Assembly: GCA_965219455.1 (NCBI GenBank)
Contig: OZ244744.1
Span: forward strand, 3,200,001-3,264,000
Length of the DNA stretch: 64,000 nt
Source: Candidatus Latescibacterota bacterium
GTDB taxonomy: Bacteria > Latescibacterota > UBA2968 > GCA-2709665
Direction of reading: 5' to 3'
Shown: positions 60,708 to 64,000 of the stretch, in pieces
Layout: every line of letters starts with the position of its first letter
Position numbering within the stretch: the first letter of the stretch is position 1
The notes under the pieces: generated by a model
Told to the model about the DNA's origin: nothing
Seen by the model: the letters and a program-made list of their open reading frames with translations, nothing else
Databases searched by the model: none
Program-made: the position numbers and the translations under genes

Positions 60708-61502
60708 TTATGTACTCGCTGGACTCATGGCGCCCTCTCCGAAAATGATGGAATACGCGTTCCCCCTGTCGGATTTTGTGGCGGCGTCCATGTAACATAC
60801 GCTGAACCCACGTCGGGAGGCGTCGGTCCGGTTCACGCCCGAACCGTGGAGCAGCCAGTTATGTAACAAGGCAGCTTCCCCCGCCTCCATTTCCAGGTAT
60901 TCATGCGCTTCCCTTTCCAGAACGGCAGTGGCCTGCTCGTCGGTCAGAAAGGCGAAGCTGGCGGAATCGTCCTGGTCGAAGGTGCCCCGGTGGGATCCGG
61001 GCACGATCCCGACGCAGCCGTTTTCAACCGACACCCGATCCAGCGCCGTCCACACGGTCGCGATCGGATCGGTGTCGAGGAGGCTGAACCGGTCCTGGTG
61101 CCAGGGAAGGTTTGTACCCTTCCCCGCCGGCTTGTTCATAAACATCGCCCGATAGCACGAAATCGGCGTCTCGGGACCGTACGCCCTCGCGCAGATCTCA
61201 CGAAACAGGGGTTTCTGCATGTAGGACAGGAACAGCGGATCGAACTCCAGGTCCTGGATCTTCCGATAGTTCAACGTTGAGACCTGGTGCCCTTTCGTTG
61301 TGATCCGCTTCTCCGAGTAGTCGCCCGTCTGGCTGTCCAGTTGCATGTACATCTGATCGTACACTTTCACGTTGCCCAGCATGATGTCGTCGATGCGCTG
61401 TTGTAAGCCCACGAGTTCGTCATCGTCCATCACCATTCCAAGGCGAACATACCCTTCTTTCTCGAACCGCGCCCACTGTTCGTCACTGATATACGCAGGC
61501 AT
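60708..61502 (-). CDS. Phytanoyl-CoA dioxygenase (PhyH) family Fe(II)/2OG oxygenase
   Basis: MNKP, WHQD, ENGC, PGSH, LHGS; AGGAGG RBS. Confidence 0.92.
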   Translation of the reverse strand: MPAYISDEQWARFEKEGYVRLGMVMDDDELVGLQQRIDDIMLGNVKVYDQMYMQLDSQTGDYSEKRITTKGHQVSTLNYRKIQDLEFDPLFLSYMQKPLFREICARAYGPETPISCYRAMFMNKPAGKGTNLPWHQDRFSLLDTDPIATVWTALDRVSVENGCVGIVPGSHRGTFDQDDSASFAFLTDEQATAVLEREAHEYLEMEAGEAALLHNWLLHGSGVNRTDASRRGFSVCYMDAATKSDRGNAYSIIFGEGAMSPAST

Positions 61503-61582
61503 ACCGAGTCCTCCTGTGGTACAGAAATCAAGCGTTTGGGACGGGGATCAACCCGTTTGTCGATTGGCCGGCATCCTGTTTT

Positions 61583-62743
61583 CTACTGATCCACAACCGA
61601 TCCGTCCACGTGGAGTCTGGTGACCATCATTCCTTCGTCCAGCAGGGGCCGGTGCGAGAGGAACGGGTATTTCTCCATTGCGTCTTCCACGAGTTCCACG
61701 CCGATGCCGGGCGCATCCGGGATGATCAGAAATCCGTCCTCAAGCGTGAGAACCCCGGACACGATTTCGCTCTTGGGTGGATCGCCTTCACCCCTGGGGT
61801 ACTCCTGCAATGCGAAATTGGGAATGCACGCCGCAAGCTGAACGCAGGCGGCCGTGCTCACCGGGCTGAGCGGATTATGCGGCACCACGTCCACGTAGTG
61901 CGCCTCGGCGAGGGCCGCGATCTTCTTGCAATGCGTGATCCCGCCAGCCATGCAGACATCAGGCCTCACGTACTGTACCGCGTTCCGCGTCAGGAGCATT
62001 TCGAATTCGTAGATCGTGTGAATTCGTTCCCCCGTGGCAATCGGGACCGCGATCTTCTGCGCCACTTCGGCCATGGCGTCAAGATTGTCGGGACGGATTG
62101 GATCCTCAAAGAAAAACGGGTGATAGGGTTCAATACCCCTGCCCAGGACAATCGCCTCGGCCGGGTCCAGCCGACGGTGTATCTCGATACACAGGTCCAC
62201 GTCGTCACCGACCGCCTCGCGGTAGGCCGCCACTGTCTGAATCGCATCCTGAATCTTGTCCGCGTGGGTTTTGAAATACGGGACGTTTCGCGACTCATCC
62301 AGAAATGGCGTCAGGTGTCCCACGGCCGTAAATCCGTCCTCCTTAGCCTGCACACAGCCCCTCAGCAACTCCTCCTTTGTGCTCCCGATCACGTGCCCGT
62401 AGACGCGGGCTTTATCCCGGCACTTGCCGCCCAATAGCTGGTAGGCAGGCACGCCGAAAAACTTGCCCGCGATATCCCAGAGGGCGATATCAATTGCGCT
62501 CAACGCTCCCATTATCGCCGCACCGCGAAAATGCGTGCACCGGTACAGAACCTGCCAGTGGTGTTCGATGCGCAGAGGGTCCTGCCCGATCAGATATTCC
62601 CTGAAGCTCTTCACCACCTCTCCCGAGGCCTCCAGGTATCCCCACGCGCCCGATTCACCCAGGCCCACGATTCCCTCGTCGGTATGGACCTGGACAAAGA
62701 GATACCGATCGATTGGCAGGACCTTCACGTCGGTTATTTTCAT
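61583..62743 (-). CDS. Mandelate racemase/muconate lactonizing family dehydratase (D-galactonate dehydratase-like)
   Basis: SAIDIALWDI, FFEDP, ATGER, PD, VPHNP, APGIG. Confidence 0.88.
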   Translation of the reverse strand: MKITDVKVLPIDRYLFVQVHTDEGIVGLGESGAWGYLEASGEVVKSFREYLIGQDPLRIEHHWQVLYRCTHFRGAAIMGALSAIDIALWDIAGKFFGVPAYQLLGGKCRDKARVYGHVIGSTKEELLRGCVQAKEDGFTAVGHLTPFLDESRNVPYFKTHADKIQDAIQTVAAYREAVGDDVDLCIEIHRRLDPAEAIVLGRGIEPYHPFFFEDPIRPDNLDAMAEVAQKIAVPIATGERIHTIYEFEMLLTRNAVQYVRPDVCMAGGITHCKKIAALAEAHYVDVVPHNPLSPVSTAACVQLAACIPNFALQEYPRGEGDPPKSEIVSGVLTLEDGFLIIPDAPGIGVELVEDAMEKYPFLSHRPLLDEGMMVTRLHVDGSVVDQ

Positions 62744-63433
62744 GCGCCTTTCTCCTTTCATCGCTGCCTATCGCCAAATGGCGGCCGCCCGCGCCCAACA
62801 AGAGCATGGGATTGGACGAACCTTGCATTTCAACGTGCAATAGACTATACTTGAAACGGGCGGGATGTTGTGTCACAGTCAGAAAACATGCAGGAAACTC
62901 GCGACACCGATCTTTGTGGTTCGCGGTGCTGGCTATCGGGATTTTGGACGTTAGGTAGAGTGGCTTCTCAAAATGTGATTGGACCGTCTGACACCGGGGT
63001 GCATTGGGGAGATTTTGTCAGGCGTAAGGTAATCTTATGGCGTCCAAAGAGCAACACGATTGACAACGCGCACCGCTATTGATTTTGTCTGGGATGGTGC
63101 GGTCATGACTGTCCGATTCGACTGCACAATAGAACAAGAGTGAGCTTGGCGCGGTAAACCCCATTTATACCAGTCCGAGCATCCGGAAGTTTCAATGATT
63201 CAGCGAGTGTAATTTAGTCAAGGGATCGCAATTACGAGGCGATTGAACCTGTCAGTCTCGTTGTAAGAGTTCGCGACATCGACTAAAACAAACCGAACAG
63301 CCATTGACGATTCGCTGCAACCTGTGTTTGATTACCGGCGTCAGAAATACTGTACATTGACTTCGGCGTTCGTAATCACGACATTCGATTCCGTCGTACT
63401 GTGCTCAAATGTGTAGGCAGATCCAATTGTCAG

Positions 63434-64000
63434 ATGAGTAAATCCGCGCCTCGCTTCCAAGAAGATGAAGTAAAACCGGAATGGCTCCTTGATCCCGAGG
63501 AAATGGGAAGCAAGAGGAAGTTCTGGTATCGACGACCAGGTGAAGATGAAAACGAGTGGCTCTTCAAATACCCTCGAGAGGGCACAGGAGAGCACTGGGC
63601 TGAGAAAATCGCTGCTGAGATCGCCGAGTTGTTGAATATCCCACACGCGACGGTAGAGTTGGCGATTTTTGAAGATGTGCGAGGATCTGCAACGGTATCG
63701 TTCGTACATGATGGACAGGAACTCGTCCATGGCAACCAAATGTTGGAGTGGTTTGTTCACGGTTACCAAGCAGGAAGGAAATACGGTCAGTCGAGTCATA
63801 CCCTGGAGAATATTTGGCAAGCAATGGACGGGGTTATTGTAGAATCGGAAGCTAAAATTCAAGGGAAGTTGTGCGTTGCAGAGTACCTTGTTCTGGATGC
63901 GCTGATTGGCAATACCGATCGCCATCACGAGAATTGGGGCATAATTCTACGTAGGGGTCACGACAACGGCTGGATGGGAAATATAGCACCCTCTTACGAC
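63434..64000 (+). CDS. HipA-like/CtkA-like Ser/Thr kinase (partial, runs off the window)
   Basis: Manual translation: MSKSAPR...EEMGSKRKFWY...LFKYPREGTGEHWAEKIAAEIA...DALIGNTDRHHENWG...APSYD. Confidence 0.85.
   Translation, partial: MSKSAPRFQEDEVKPEWLLDPEEMGSKRKFWYRRPGEDENEWLFKYPREGTGEHWAEKIAAEIAELLNIPHATVELAIFEDVRGSATVSFVHDGQELVHGNQMLEWFVHGYQAGRKYGQSSHTLENIWQAMDGVIVESEAKIQGKLCVAEYLVLDALIGNTDRHHENWGIILRRGHDNGWMGNIAPSYD

Noticed and set aside
63341-63928. 195-aa minus-strand ORF
   Set aside because: Antisense to the HipA-like kinase, which has clear catalytic motifs

Overview
This is a GC-rich bacterial chromosome segment. Gene content (a DUF3098-like gene, several PhyH dioxygenases, amidohydrolases and DUF6785-like membrane proteins) suggests an FCB-group or Latescibacterota/Poribacteria-like organism, but this is inference only. 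Bases 1-23 kb are minus-strand housekeeping and metabolic genes: SDR, gltB without an adjacent gltD, 7Fe ferredoxin, sulfite/nitrite reductase with a HEPN-like tail, moaA, purA, serA, class V aminotransferase, engB, clpX, clpP and tig. They also include a radical SAM protein with the motif layout of tetraether synthase (Tes/GDGT-MAS). Bases 23-33 kb hold an acetamidase, a heparinase II/III-like protein, a complete IS1380 with a CTAG target duplication, ffh-rpsP-rimM-trmD-rplS and tRNA-Val(TAC). Bases 33-46 kb are a patchwork accessory region with metal transporters, an amino-sugar-type gene set, two chimeric deletion scars and an in-frame amber stop. Bases 46.5-62.7 kb form a co-directional ~16 kb cluster in which three paralogous ~660-aa membrane proteins of unknown function alternate with catabolic-type enzymes; this is the best candidate for an undescribed uptake/catabolism system. 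The window ends inside a HipA-like kinase gene that is missing from the ORF track. All family calls come from motif recognition by eye; no searches were run.
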